From assembly GCA_027451625.1 (NCBI GenBank), contig DAIDIY010000011.1, positions 1-59,951 on the forward strand: 59,951 nt of DNA, given 5' to 3'. This stretch comes from Candidatus Daviesbacteria bacterium (lineage in GTDB: Bacteria; Patescibacteriota; Microgenomatia; Daviesbacterales; UBA10151). Both the position numbers and the translations under genes were made by a program. Shown here one piece after another: positions 39,578 to 49,547 of this stretch. The notes under the pieces were generated by a model. It saw only the letters and a program-made list of their open reading frames with translations, did not search any database and had not been told where the DNA came from. Positions within the stretch are counted from its first letter, which is position 1. Every line of letters begins with the position of its first letter.

Positions 39578-40030
39578 ATGAGATGCCCATTCTGTAGTAG
39601 TCTTAGTAATAAAGTAGTAGATAAAAGATCGGTTTTAGTATCTGGAGATATCAGAAGAAGGCGAGAATGTTTAAGTTGCAAAAAGAGATTTACTACTTAC
39701 GAAAGATTGGCAGATTTAGAATTGATAGTTCTCAAAAGGGATGGTCGGAGAGAAGTTTTTAGTCGAGAAAAATTAAGAGCAGGAATTAGTAAAGCTTTAG
39801 AAAAAAGACCTAATGCGAATAGTATAGATCAGATTGCAGACAAAATTGAGAAGTATGTTAGAAAACGCGGAGATCATGAGATAGCTAGTAAATTGATTGG
39901 TAGGATGGTATTAACAGAATTGAAAAAGATTGATGGCGTAGCCTACTTGCGATTTGTAAGCGTTTATAGACAATTTAAACATGTTGAGGATTTTGCTAAA
40001 GAGTTAGAGCATCTTAGTGATTTTAACTAA
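39578..40030 (+). CDS. nrdR: transcriptional repressor NrdR
   Basis: MRCPFC, IRRRRECLSC..RFTTYE, ATP cone, VAYLRFVSVY. Confidence 0.95.
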   Translation: MRCPFCSSLSNKVVDKRSVLVSGDIRRRRECLSCKKRFTTYERLADLELIVLKRDGRREVFSREKLRAGISKALEKRPNANSIDQIADKIEKYVRKRGDHEIASKLIGRMVLTELKKIDGVAYLRFVSVYRQFKHVEDFAKELEHLSDFN

Positions 40031-40036
40031 AAATTT

Positions 40037-42508
40037 ATGAAAAATAATAATAAATTAATAGCACAAGAGATAACCGCTCCAAATAATACTAGACTGGAAG
40101 CCTACGAGCCAGATAAAAATCTTAAAATCGAATCAAAAATTGTCCTGGAAGGAGTTAGAAAAAAAGTCTTTTTAGATAGATATGCCTTAAAAGATAAAGA
40201 AGGTAATTTGATCGAGAATACTCCTGAGGAGATGTGGAGGAGAGTTGCTTGGGGAATAGCTCAGTCAGAAGTAAAAAAAGTACGTAAAGAGTGGGAAGAA
40301 AAATTTTATAGAGTAATGGATGGGTTTAAATTTGTCCCAGCGGGAAGGATTTTATCCGGAGCAGGAACTGGATTTGAAGTTACTTATTTTAATTGTTTTG
40401 TAATTCCCTCTCCTAAGGATTCGCGTCAAGGAATACTTGATGCATTAAAACAGTTAGTTGAAATTCAATCTCGATCCGGAGGAGTCGGTCTTAACCTTTC
40501 TTCTCTTCGTCCAAGAGGTGCAAGAGTTAAAAAAGTTAATGGATTCTCTTCTGGCCCTGTAACCTGGGCGGGATTATTTTCTTATGCTACTCACGATGTA
40601 GTTCAGCAGGGAGGTTCTCGCAGAGGGGCTACTATGCTTATGCTTTGGGATTGGCATCCGGATATAGAAGAGTTTATTACTGTAAAGCAAGATCTATCTA
40701 AAATTAATGGAGCTAACCTATCAGTTTGCGTATCAGATGATTTTATGTCAGCTGTCAAAGAAGATAGAGACTGGGATTTGGTATATCCTGACTTAGATGA
40801 TCCTGATTATGATTCTCATTGGAATGGAGAAATTGATGAGTGGAGAGCTTCGGGTAAAAAAGTTAAGGTCTATAAAACAATTAAAGCAAGATATCTTTGG
40901 AATTTAATCTGTGAAGCTGCTTGGAGATCTGCGGAACCTGGATTGCACTTTTTAGAGAGAAGTAATAAGAGATCTAATACTTGGTATTTTGAAAGGCTTG
41001 TAGCAACTAATCCATGTGGAGAACAACCTTTAGGTCCTTGGGCAGTATGTAATTTAGGTGCAATGAATCTAGCAGCTTATGTTAAAGATGGGGTATTTGA
41101 TTATGAAAATTTTGGCAGTGATACAAAAGTTGCGATGAGATTTTTGGACAATGTCATTGATCAGACATATTATTTCTTCCCTGAGAATGAAAAGATTGCT
41201 AAAGATATAAGACGGACAGGTTTAGGAATTATGGGACTCGCAGATGCTTTAATTAAGATGAAAGTCAAATACGGTTCAGAAGAATCACTTCCTATCATTC
41301 GTAAAATATTTGAGACTCTCCGCGATAATGCTTATTCAGCTTCAGCTGATATTTCATCTGAGAAAGGAGCTTTTCCTAAATTTGATAAAGAGAAATATTT
41401 GCGGGGATATCATATTCAAGCTCTACCGGATGATATAAGAGAAAAGATTGCTAAAGATGGAATAAGGAATGCAGTCCTTTTGACTATCGCTCCTACTGGA
41501 ACAACTTCTACAGTTGCAGGAGCTAGCTCGGGAGTAGAACCTGTGTATGAGTTTAGTTATAAGATGAAATGGCGAGATGAAGGGAATCGTGGATGGAGAG
41601 AGGATGTAGTTTATCACCCATTGTATCAGGAGTGGTTGAAAGATCATCCAAATGGGGAAAAACCTGATTATTTTGTTTCGGCTAATGATCTTACTCCTAT
41701 GGAGCATGTGAGAGTACAAGCGATAGCTCAGGAATATATAGATGCATCAATTTCTAAAACAGTTAATGCTCCCAATTCGCATACTATCGATGATGTAAAG
41801 CTGCTTTATATGGCAGCTTATGATATGGGGCTTAAAGGTGTTACTTATATGAGGGATGGATCCAGGGAAGGCGTGTTAACTAGAGTTGAAGATAAGAAAG
41901 AAGAGAAGCCAATTTCTGCTAATAATCATCGGCCAATGGTACTAAATGGACGAACTTATGAAGTTATGACTCCTGTAGGAAAGGCATTTATTACTATAAA
42001 TCGTGATAACAATGGGAATCCGATTGAGTTATTTGCTACTGTAGGGAAAGGTGGAATGCATGTAATGGCTGATGCGGAGGCTTTAGGAAGATTAGTCTCA
42101 ATAGCTCTTCGTGCATCAGATAATCCAAATAAAGTTGCGCATAAGATAGTTTCTCAGTTAAGAGGTATTGGAGGATCCTCTCAGATTGGATTCGGAAAAG
42201 ATCGAGTTATGAGTCTTGCTGATGCAATGGCTAAAGTTTTAGCTGAAGATTTATCTCAGAAATCTCATGAAGAAAACGAGTCATTACCCTTGCCTATAGA
42301 AGATACCGCTCTGTTTAATGATAGAACTAATGGACTGAGTACTTCAAATGGTGCTGTAACGAATGGTCAAGCTAATTCTGGACAGTTGGCTATTCTTGAG
42401 GATCATATAGAAAGAAGCGGTGATTTATGTCCTGATTGCGGTAATGCAACTTTAGTTTACGAAGAAGGATGTTCAAAATGTTATACATGCGGTTTTAGCA
42501 AGTGCTAG
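40037..42508 (+). CDS. nrdJ: class II adenosylcobalamin-dependent ribonucleotide reductase with TSCPD and Zn-ribbon C-terminus
   Basis: NCFV, QGGSRRGA, TNPCGEQPL, IAPTGT, SISKTVN, CPDCG...CYTCGFSKC. Confidence 0.92.
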   Translation: MKNNNKLIAQEITAPNNTRLEAYEPDKNLKIESKIVLEGVRKKVFLDRYALKDKEGNLIENTPEEMWRRVAWGIAQSEVKKVRKEWEEKFYRVMDGFKFVPAGRILSGAGTGFEVTYFNCFVIPSPKDSRQGILDALKQLVEIQSRSGGVGLNLSSLRPRGARVKKVNGFSSGPVTWAGLFSYATHDVVQQGGSRRGATMLMLWDWHPDIEEFITVKQDLSKINGANLSVCVSDDFMSAVKEDRDWDLVYPDLDDPDYDSHWNGEIDEWRASGKKVKVYKTIKARYLWNLICEAAWRSAEPGLHFLERSNKRSNTWYFERLVATNPCGEQPLGPWAVCNLGAMNLAAYVKDGVFDYENFGSDTKVAMRFLDNVIDQTYYFFPENEKIAKDIRRTGLGIMGLADALIKMKVKYGSEESLPIIRKIFETLRDNAYSASADISSEKGAFPKFDKEKYLRGYHIQALPDDIREKIAKDGIRNAVLLTIAPTGTTSTVAGASSGVEPVYEFSYKMKWRDEGNRGWREDVVYHPLYQEWLKDHPNGEKPDYFVSANDLTPMEHVRVQAIAQEYIDASISKTVNAPNSHTIDDVKLLYMAAYDMGLKGVTYMRDGSREGVLTRVEDKKEEKPISANNHRPMVLNGRTYEVMTPVGKAFITINRDNNGNPIELFATVGKGGMHVMADAEALGRLVSIALRASDNPNKVAHKIVSQLRGIGGSSQIGFGKDRVMSLADAMAKVLAEDLSQKSHEENESLPLPIEDTALFNDRTNGLSTSNGAVTNGQANSGQLAILEDHIERSGDLCPDCGNATLVYEEGCSKCYTCGFSKC

Positions 42509-42564
42509 CTCCAGTTAACTTGAAACAAATTTTCAGCAGTTCTGATCTTCCGTTTATCTTACTG

Positions 42565-42590
42565 TTTTGTACTAATTAATTTGTACAAAA
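42565..42590. repeat. 26-bp near-perfect palindrome upstream of the DUF2267 gene
   Basis: TTTTGTAC-T-AATTAATT-T-GTACAAAA, one mismatched pair. Confidence 0.8.
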
Positions 42591-42608
42591 TTTAGTATCT
42601 TTGGAAAT

Positions 42609-43034
42609 ATGAGTGATAATGAACTCGGGACATTTGATGAAACATTAGAAGATACATATAAGTTTCTCAAAGATTTAGAAGATAGACTTGGGTGGACAGG
42701 AAGAAGATCACAGACTTTCCGTCTAGTCAGATCAGTCTTTCATGCCCTGCGGGATAGGTTGCCAGTAAATGAGGCAGTACAGTTTGGAGCTGATCTGCCC
42801 TCGCTTTTAAGAGGGTATTATTATGAAGGATGGATAGCCGCAGATAAACCTATAAAGATGAATAAAGAAGAGTTTATAAAGAGAATACATAAAGAGTTTA
42901 ATTTTTCGACTGATTTATCTACTGAACAACTGGTAAGTACAGTGATGGAGTCATTAGGTCGTTTTATTAGTAAGGATGAGAAGGAGGATATAAAAGCTGT
43001 TTTACCCAAAGATATCTCGCCTATGATTAGATAA
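42609..43034 (+). CDS. DUF2267 family protein
   Basis: RSVFHALRDRLP...LPSLLRGYYYEGW...EDIKAVLP. Confidence 0.85.
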   Translation: MSDNELGTFDETLEDTYKFLKDLEDRLGWTGRRSQTFRLVRSVFHALRDRLPVNEAVQFGADLPSLLRGYYYEGWIAADKPIKMNKEEFIKRIHKEFNFSTDLSTEQLVSTVMESLGRFISKDEKEDIKAVLPKDISPMIR

Positions 43035-43078
43035 GTCAAGTTCTTGATTTTTGGCACTGCCGTGAGTAGTATTTGCTT

Positions 43079-43639
43079 ATGGCGGATAAAGAATTTCATG
43101 ATTTTAAAGAACAAGATAAAGGGTTGGTCATAGTTTATACGGGAGAAGGTAAAGGAAAAACGACTGCAGCTTTAGGGTTAGCTTTAAGAGCTGCTGGTTA
43201 CAAAAGAAGGGTTTTAATTATTCAATTTGGTAAAATTTGGTTTACCGGCGAATTAGAGGGAGTAAAAAGATTGAAACCTTATGTAAAACTAATACAAGGA
43301 GGAAAGGGATTTGTTAAGATCTTAAATGATAAGATTCCCTTAGAAGAACACAAAAATGCGGTCATTAATACATTTAATCTTCTCTGCTCAGAGGTTACTT
43401 CAGGAAAATGGGATGTAGTAATTGCAGATGAAATCGTAGGAGCTTTATCGGCGGGGATGATCTCTTATGAAGAAGTCTCTAAATTAATTCATGATAAACC
43501 TCAACAATTAGATTTAGTGCTGACTGGTCACCATGCAAGTGCTGCACTTTTAGATTTAGCTGATATGGCGACTGAAATGGTTCCAATTAAACATCCCTTT
43601 GAAAAAGGATTTTTAGCAAAACCGGGAATTGATTATTAA
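43079..43639 (+). CDS. cobO: cob(I)yrinic acid a,c-diamide / cob(I)alamin adenosyltransferase (CobO/BtuR family)
   Basis: YTGEGKGKTTAALGLALRAAG, ADEI, LVLTG, IKHPF..G..A..GIDY; TTGATT-17-TAGTAT 6 nt before ATG 43079. Confidence 0.9.
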   Translation: MADKEFHDFKEQDKGLVIVYTGEGKGKTTAALGLALRAAGYKRRVLIIQFGKIWFTGELEGVKRLKPYVKLIQGGKGFVKILNDKIPLEEHKNAVINTFNLLCSEVTSGKWDVVIADEIVGALSAGMISYEEVSKLIHDKPQQLDLVLTGHHASAALLDLADMATEMVPIKHPFEKGFLAKPGIDY

Positions 43640-43647
43640 TTAGGGAG

Positions 43648-43684
43648 TTGACTCATTTTAGCACTCGTGATATTATTCTGCTAA
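43648..43684 (+). promoter_or_regulatory. CIRCE (HrcA operator) overlapping the lon promoter
   Basis: TTAGCACTC-N9-TTCTGCTAA at 43658-43684 versus consensus TTAGCACTC-N9-GAGTGCTAA; TTGACT(43648)-17-TATTAT(43671). Confidence 0.8.
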
Positions 43685-43747
43685 AGTTTGACTATTCGAG
43701 GGGAAATTAAGTAGTTCACTCCTTCGAAGTAGCATTAGAGAAATTTT

Positions 43748-46174
43748 ATGATACCAGATCTCAATTTACATTCAATGAAATTACCAGACAGACTTCCAGT
43801 GGGTCCTTTAAGAGATACAGTAATGTTTCCTGGAACCTCTTTGCCGATTGTCTCCGGAAGGCCTAAAAGTAAAGCGGCTCTAGATAAAGCTTGGGAGACT
43901 AATAGATTAATTGTCTTCGTTGCTCAAAAAAATGGTCGAATTGAAGATCCTTCTGAAAAAGATCTTTATCAAGTTGGAACAGTATGTCTTCTGAAACGAA
44001 TGATTAAGAATCCAGAGGGAGAATATACTGTTTCGGCTGAAGGATTAGCTCGAGTTTTTATTAAAAATTTCACTCAGGATGAACCTTTCTTAGAAGCTGA
44101 AGTTGAAGAGATTCCAGAGCTTTTTGAGAAAACAGAAGAGATTGAGGCTTTAATGCGTAATGTTAGAGAACAATTTAAGAGATTTATTGAACTCGGAGGT
44201 AATCCCTTGTTTGATCCTGGAGCTCTCTCTAATTGGACAGCTAATTTAAGTATTATCTCTCATAACGATGATCCTAATTTATTAGTAAATTCTGTAGCTC
44301 AAGTAATTGAATTTAAAACTTTAGATAAACAGCAGATGTTGGAGATGGTTTCAGCAAGAGAGAGATTACAAAGGCTGTCAGAGCTTTTGGCAAAAGAGAT
44401 CAAAATTTTGGAGATCTCTCAAAATATATCTTCTAAAACTCAAGAGAGAGTCTCAAAGATGACTCGAGAGGCTATCTTGAGAGAACAGATGAGATCTATA
44501 GAGGAAGAGTTAGGAGAAAATGATGGAGGTCACAGTCAAGAAATCCATGAATTTGAACAAAAGATTAGACATTCAAAGATGCCTAAAGATGTTCGTGAAA
44601 AAGCTCTTCGTGAACTTTCAGCTTTGTCAAAGATGTCTCAATATAATCCGGAAGCATCTTATAAGAGGAATTATTTAGAGTGGCTGACTGATCTTCCATG
44701 GGGAGAAGGAACAACTGAAAAGGTAAATTTAAAAAAAGCAGAGGCAGTTTTAGATGAAGATCATTATGGATTAAAGAAGGTGAAGGAGAGAATTTTAGAA
44801 TACTTAGCTGTACATAAGCTTTCAGGTAAGATTAAGGGTCCTATTATTTGTTTTGTTGGACCTCCAGGAACTGGTAAAACTTCGATTGGAAAATCCATCG
44901 CACGAGCATTGGGAAGAAAATTTGTAAAGATCTCTCTCGGGGGTATTCGGGATGAGGCAGAGATAAGAGGTCATAGAAGAACTTATGTAGGAGCAATGCC
45001 GGGGAGAATATTACAAGGAATAAAACAGGCTGGGACTACAAACCCTGTCTTTATGTTAGATGAAATAGATAAGATAGGTGCAGATTATCGGGGTGACCCA
45101 TCAGCTGCATTGTTAGAAGCTTTAGATCCAGAACAAAATAATGCATTCTCTGATCATTATTTGGAAATCCCTTACGATCTTTCTAATGTAATGTTTATAA
45201 CAACGGCTAATATTTTAGATACGATTCCTCCGGCTCTTAGAGACCGATTAGAAATCATTAGATATGCCGGATATACTGAGAATGAAAAATTTCATATAGC
45301 CAGGCAATATTTGATTCCTAAACAGATTGCAATACACGGTCTGAAAGAAGATGGCGTTGAGATCACAGATGATGGAGTTTATACCATGATTAGTCAATAT
45401 ACTAGGGAAGCGGGAGTTAGAAATTTAGAGAGAGAAATTTCAGCAGTGGCTCGTAAAATTGCGCGTAAAGTGGCAGAAGGTAGCAAAGAGAAAAAATTTA
45501 TTGTTGATGCACAAGAGGTGAAGAAACTTTTAGGTCCAGCAACATTTTTGCCACAGCTGACAGAGGTGGAAAATACTGTAGGTATGTCTACAGGACTTGC
45601 TTGGACAGAGGTAGGAGGAGAGATTATGTTCATAGAGGTAACTTTGATGCCTGGACGTGGTCAGCTGATTTTGACAGGTAACCTTGGAGATGTAATGAAA
45701 GAGTCAGCTCAGGCTGCAATGTCATATGTTCGATCTCATTGGCAGATTTTAGGATTAAATGAAAAGTTTTATCAAAAGGTAGATGTACATGTGCATGTAC
45801 CAGAAGGTGCGGTACCTAAAGATGGTCCATCGGCAGGAATAGCCTTAACCTCAGCTATAGTCTCAGCATTCACAAGGATTCCTGTTAAGAAGGAAGTAGC
45901 TATGACTGGAGAAGTTACGCTTCGGGGAAGAGTTTTAGAAATTGGAGGATTGAAAGAGAAAGTACTTGCAGCGCATAGAGCTGGTGTAAGAGTAGTTATT
46001 GTTCCTGAGAATAATCGTAAAGATTTGGAGGATATCCCTGATTATGTTCTTTCAGAGATAAAATTTGTTTTTGTTAAAGATATGAAGGAAGTTTTGGATA
46101 ATGCTTTAACAAGTCCTCCAGTTCCAAGATCATTAAAAAATTTACCTAAGGGGACATATCCGGCACTAGCTTAA
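43748..46174 (+). CDS. lon: ATP-dependent protease La (Lon)
   Basis: LON N domain, GPPGTGKTS, GHRRTYVGAMPG, PKDGPSAG, IGGLKEK. Confidence 0.97.
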   Translation: MIPDLNLHSMKLPDRLPVGPLRDTVMFPGTSLPIVSGRPKSKAALDKAWETNRLIVFVAQKNGRIEDPSEKDLYQVGTVCLLKRMIKNPEGEYTVSAEGLARVFIKNFTQDEPFLEAEVEEIPELFEKTEEIEALMRNVREQFKRFIELGGNPLFDPGALSNWTANLSIISHNDDPNLLVNSVAQVIEFKTLDKQQMLEMVSARERLQRLSELLAKEIKILEISQNISSKTQERVSKMTREAILREQMRSIEEELGENDGGHSQEIHEFEQKIRHSKMPKDVREKALRELSALSKMSQYNPEASYKRNYLEWLTDLPWGEGTTEKVNLKKAEAVLDEDHYGLKKVKERILEYLAVHKLSGKIKGPIICFVGPPGTGKTSIGKSIARALGRKFVKISLGGIRDEAEIRGHRRTYVGAMPGRILQGIKQAGTTNPVFMLDEIDKIGADYRGDPSAALLEALDPEQNNAFSDHYLEIPYDLSNVMFITTANILDTIPPALRDRLEIIRYAGYTENEKFHIARQYLIPKQIAIHGLKEDGVEITDDGVYTMISQYTREAGVRNLEREISAVARKIARKVAEGSKEKKFIVDAQEVKKLLGPATFLPQLTEVENTVGMSTGLAWTEVGGEIMFIEVTLMPGRGQLILTGNLGDVMKESAQAAMSYVRSHWQILGLNEKFYQKVDVHVHVPEGAVPKDGPSAGIALTSAIVSAFTRIPVKKEVAMTGEVTLRGRVLEIGGLKEKVLAAHRAGVRVVIVPENNRKDLEDIPDYVLSEIKFVFVKDMKEVLDNALTSPPVPRSLKNLPKGTYPALA

Positions 46175-46214
46175 GCTATTGCAATTGATCTTTTGATTTC
46201 TTAAAATACTCTTC

Positions 46215-46724
46215 ATGGGAATAAGTAATTTGCCAGCAGGAGAGAACTATCCTGATGAATTTAATGTAGTTGTGGAAATACCTCGTGGTAGTCGGAATAA
46301 ATATGAATATAGTGAAGACCTTGATGTGATTAAATTAGATCGGGTTTATTATACGGCTATGACTCCTCCATTCGAATATGGATTCATTCCTCAAACTAGA
46401 TCTGCAGATGGAGATCACCTAGATGTTGTTTTAGTCATGGGAACTTCAGTTGCTCCAGGAATTGTAGTTGAAGCACGAGCAATTGGAGTAATTAAAATGA
46501 TTGATAACGGAGAAGAAGATGAAAAAATTGTAGCTGTTCCTGTTAAAGATCCTCGTTTTGTACATGTAGCAACAGTAGAAGATCTATCGGGGTATTTTAC
46601 AAAAGAAGTACAGCATTATTTTGAGCATTATAAAGATTTAGAAAATAAGAGAGTGGAGATTACAGGGTGGGGAGATAAAGAAGAAGCGATTAAAGTTCTA
46701 AAACAATCTCTTGAATCTAAATAA
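46215..46724 (+). CDS. ppa: inorganic pyrophosphatase (family I)
   Basis: VEIPRGSRNKYE, YGFIPQT, DGDHLD, DEKIVAV, FEHYKDLE. Confidence 0.95.
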   Translation: MGISNLPAGENYPDEFNVVVEIPRGSRNKYEYSEDLDVIKLDRVYYTAMTPPFEYGFIPQTRSADGDHLDVVLVMGTSVAPGIVVEARAIGVIKMIDNGEEDEKIVAVPVKDPRFVHVATVEDLSGYFTKEVQHYFEHYKDLENKRVEITGWGDKEEAIKVLKQSLESK

Positions 46725-46731
46725 GCTTTGA

Positions 46732-47142
46732 TTAGGCTTGAGCGATATTACTTGGTTTCCCCTCAATGAAATTTTTTACTTCCTGAACTATCTGATCAGG
46801 AGTATAAGAAGCTTTTATTAAATATCCTACAGAACCTAAGGCAAAACTTTCTTTAATTATAGATTCCTGTCCTAGGTTAGTAAGTAGCACTACAGCCATT
46901 CCAGAAGTTGCTTGATCAGCTTTAATTCTGCGTAATATCTCCAGTCCATTAATGTCGGGCAACATAACATCTAGGAGAAGCAGATCGTATTGATTTTTCT
47001 TTAATGCTTCTAGACCAGTTGTTCCATTAGGAAATGCATCAGTTGTAAACCCTGCGAGATCTAATTGTCTTTTATAGAGATCTCGAATAAAATCTTCATC
47101 TTCGATAAGTATAATTCTTTTTTTGGAATCATCAGAATCCAT
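46732..47142 (-). CDS. stand-alone response regulator receiver protein
   Basis: LIEDE, LLDVMLP, LTN, YLIK; no output domain. Confidence 0.92.
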   Translation of the reverse strand: MDSDDSKKRIILIEDEDFIRDLYKRQLDLAGFTTDAFPNGTTGLEALKKNQYDLLLLDVMLPDINGLEILRRIKADQATSGMAVVLLTNLGQESIIKESFALGSVGYLIKASYTPDQIVQEVKNFIEGKPSNIAQA

Positions 47143-47184
47143 TGTATGTTCACAATACAACGTCAAGTAATTTTATGCAATAGT

Positions 47185-49452
47185 TCATTGTCCAGTCGGC
47201 AAAGAAAAACTGAATGTAGATCCTTTACCGACCTCTGAGTCTACCCATATTTTTCCATTGTGCATATCAATAATTGATTTGGAGATATAAAGACCTAATC
47301 CTGTTCCTTTAGCACTCATTTCAAGCTTCCCCCATGCTCTAAAGAATTTAGTAAATAAATGGGGGATAGCTTCTTTTGATATACCTTCCCCAGTATCTTG
47401 GATGTGAGTAATAACCTCATTCCCTTTTACCTCCACCCATATAGTGATAGATCCTCCAGGATGGGTATAGTTGATAGCATTGGCAATTAGATTAGATAAT
47501 ACTTCACTAATACGAAGTTTATCAGCAAAAACTTTAGGAATCGGCTGCTGGGGCTCAATAAAGGTAAACTGTTGATTTTTATCAGTAGCTTTAATTAAGA
47601 AGTCTCCCATTACTGTCTTGACTGTAACAATCCAATCTAAAGGTTCAGGATTAATTCGCACGATCCCTCTCTCGATCCTTGAGACGCTAAGAAGATTTTC
47701 TACCAGTGATGTTAGTTGTTGAGCGGAGATATCAACCTTTTGTAGAGCTGATTTTTCTTCACTGTTTAGTTTCATCATCATCTGTTTCATAAATACTGAT
47801 AGATACCCTTTTATAGCTGTAAGTGGGGTTCTTAATTCATGAGCTGCCATTGATACAAAGTCTAACTTCATTTCCTCCAATTGTTTCTCTTCTGTCATTT
47901 CATGAAGAGTGATTATACATCCTAAGTTAAAAGAGGCTCCTTTGGCAGTTTTTGCGGAAGTTATATTTACAAAAACTTCATTGTTTTCCTTAGTTCTAGA
48001 AGTGCTTAGCTTTACTTCCAAAGCTTGAAAAACAACTCCTTCATAAGGATCAAATCGAATAGGACAATAGGTATTTACTGGAATTTTTATCCCTTTTATG
48101 AATAATTGTAAAATTATATCTAATGGTTTACCTAAAACCTCAGTCTCGTTATATCCAGTAATATTTTGGGCGATTTTATTAAAAAGTATAATATTGCGAT
48201 GTAGATCTACAACAATAATGGCGTCAGCAGTATTATATATTGTGGCCAATAATTTGTTTCTGTCAGATAGTAAAATGTTTTTATCACGAGTTAACCTAGA
48301 AAGAAACACCTTGAGATTATTTGCCATTGAGTTAAAGCTGTTTCCCAGCTCTCCTATCTCATCACGCCTTTTAAAATTAATCTTATATCCGAACTCGATA
48401 TTACTAAGATATCCAATGCCTTGCTGAATATTTTTGAGAGGTATGACGATCTGCCGTGAGATCAAAAATCCAATTGTGGCAGCTAGACTTAAAAGGACTA
48501 ATAATAAAACTAGCTCAAGAATGATCAATTGATTCGAAACAACTGGGAATTCGTTAACTGGAATTTGGGAGATTATTCCCAAGTTAGTTGGCGATAGATG
48601 CACTTCCTCCATAATAGAAATAATATTTTTTTCATTAGGGACAATCGCTACATTATTAAATGAAGAATCTTTTATAGAATTTGATGATAAGAATTTAGCA
48701 ACTATAGGTAAGGAAGAAAGATTTTTTTTAGACGAATTTGTTGTATTCGAAGGATAAGTTAAACGAATCCCTTGATTATCAACTAAAAAGACAGATCCAT
48801 GAGATCCAATTTTAAAAGAGTTAATGATGGACCAGATAGAATTAAGGTTATATTTTGCTTCAAGAACTCCAAAATAATCTCCAGGTTTTAATTGGTTTGT
48901 TTGTTTTTTTGAGTTAGGAGACTGCGATATTGGGGTGATCTTTGATACTATAACAGGAACAGCAATTGTTATTATGGGTTTGTTATTAACAAAACTAACA
49001 GGACTAAAATATCCTGAGTTCCCTAATTTAAGAGTATTTTTGAAAAGAGGAGTTCCAGATTGGTTTGTAAGTTCGCTTTGGGAATAAAGATGACTAGCAG
49101 TTGCTTTAATTAATTCTTTACCATTTTTATCCAGAAGTGTAATTTCTTCTAAATCTTTATCTTCTATTAAATAGGTTTGGAGTTGTTGGCTTACATTTGA
49201 TAGATCAGAAGATAAAATAGTTTGATTCTGAGCATATATAAGCAGGTTCGCCTTTTTAGATAGGAAATATTGTTCAAGCTGTTGTTTTATATTAAGGGTA
49301 CTAATACTAAGGAGGTTTGATCCTTCCTTTAATGATTGCTGATACGATAGCTGAATCCAGATTAGATTAGTTCCTAGATATGTTAAGGCAGTAAGAATTA
49401 AAAAAAGCGTTAATATCTTTATATATAAAGAATACTTTTTGGGCAGATGCAT
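47185..49452 (-). CDS. sensor histidine kinase (TM-Cache-like-TM-HAMP-PAS-HisKA-HATPase)
   Basis: RRDEIGEL HAMP, AHELRTPLT, NLIANAINY, DTGEGI, GTGLGL. Confidence 0.93.
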   Translation of the reverse strand: MHLPKKYSLYIKILTLFLILTALTYLGTNLIWIQLSYQQSLKEGSNLLSISTLNIKQQLEQYFLSKKANLLIYAQNQTILSSDLSNVSQQLQTYLIEDKDLEEITLLDKNGKELIKATASHLYSQSELTNQSGTPLFKNTLKLGNSGYFSPVSFVNNKPIITIAVPVIVSKITPISQSPNSKKQTNQLKPGDYFGVLEAKYNLNSIWSIINSFKIGSHGSVFLVDNQGIRLTYPSNTTNSSKKNLSSLPIVAKFLSSNSIKDSSFNNVAIVPNEKNIISIMEEVHLSPTNLGIISQIPVNEFPVVSNQLIILELVLLLVLLSLAATIGFLISRQIVIPLKNIQQGIGYLSNIEFGYKINFKRRDEIGELGNSFNSMANNLKVFLSRLTRDKNILLSDRNKLLATIYNTADAIIVVDLHRNIILFNKIAQNITGYNETEVLGKPLDIILQLFIKGIKIPVNTYCPIRFDPYEGVVFQALEVKLSTSRTKENNEVFVNITSAKTAKGASFNLGCIITLHEMTEEKQLEEMKLDFVSMAAHELRTPLTAIKGYLSVFMKQMMMKLNSEEKSALQKVDISAQQLTSLVENLLSVSRIERGIVRINPEPLDWIVTVKTVMGDFLIKATDKNQQFTFIEPQQPIPKVFADKLRISEVLSNLIANAINYTHPGGSITIWVEVKGNEVITHIQDTGEGISKEAIPHLFTKFFRAWGKLEMSAKGTGLGLYISKSIIDMHNGKIWVDSEVGKGSTFSFSLPTGQ

Positions 49453-49547
49453 ATGTTTATCTTATTCTCATTCTAACAAGGTAGCTATCATGTTGACAAT
49501 TGAATACTCGCTTATGGCCAAGCAAAGAAGATAAAAAAATAGTTAAT

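Noticed and set aside
39427..43078. Cobalamin riboswitch before nrdJ or cobO; intein or intron in nrdJ
   Set aside because: Intergenic gaps are too short and lack a B12 box; NrdJ length and motifs are contiguous
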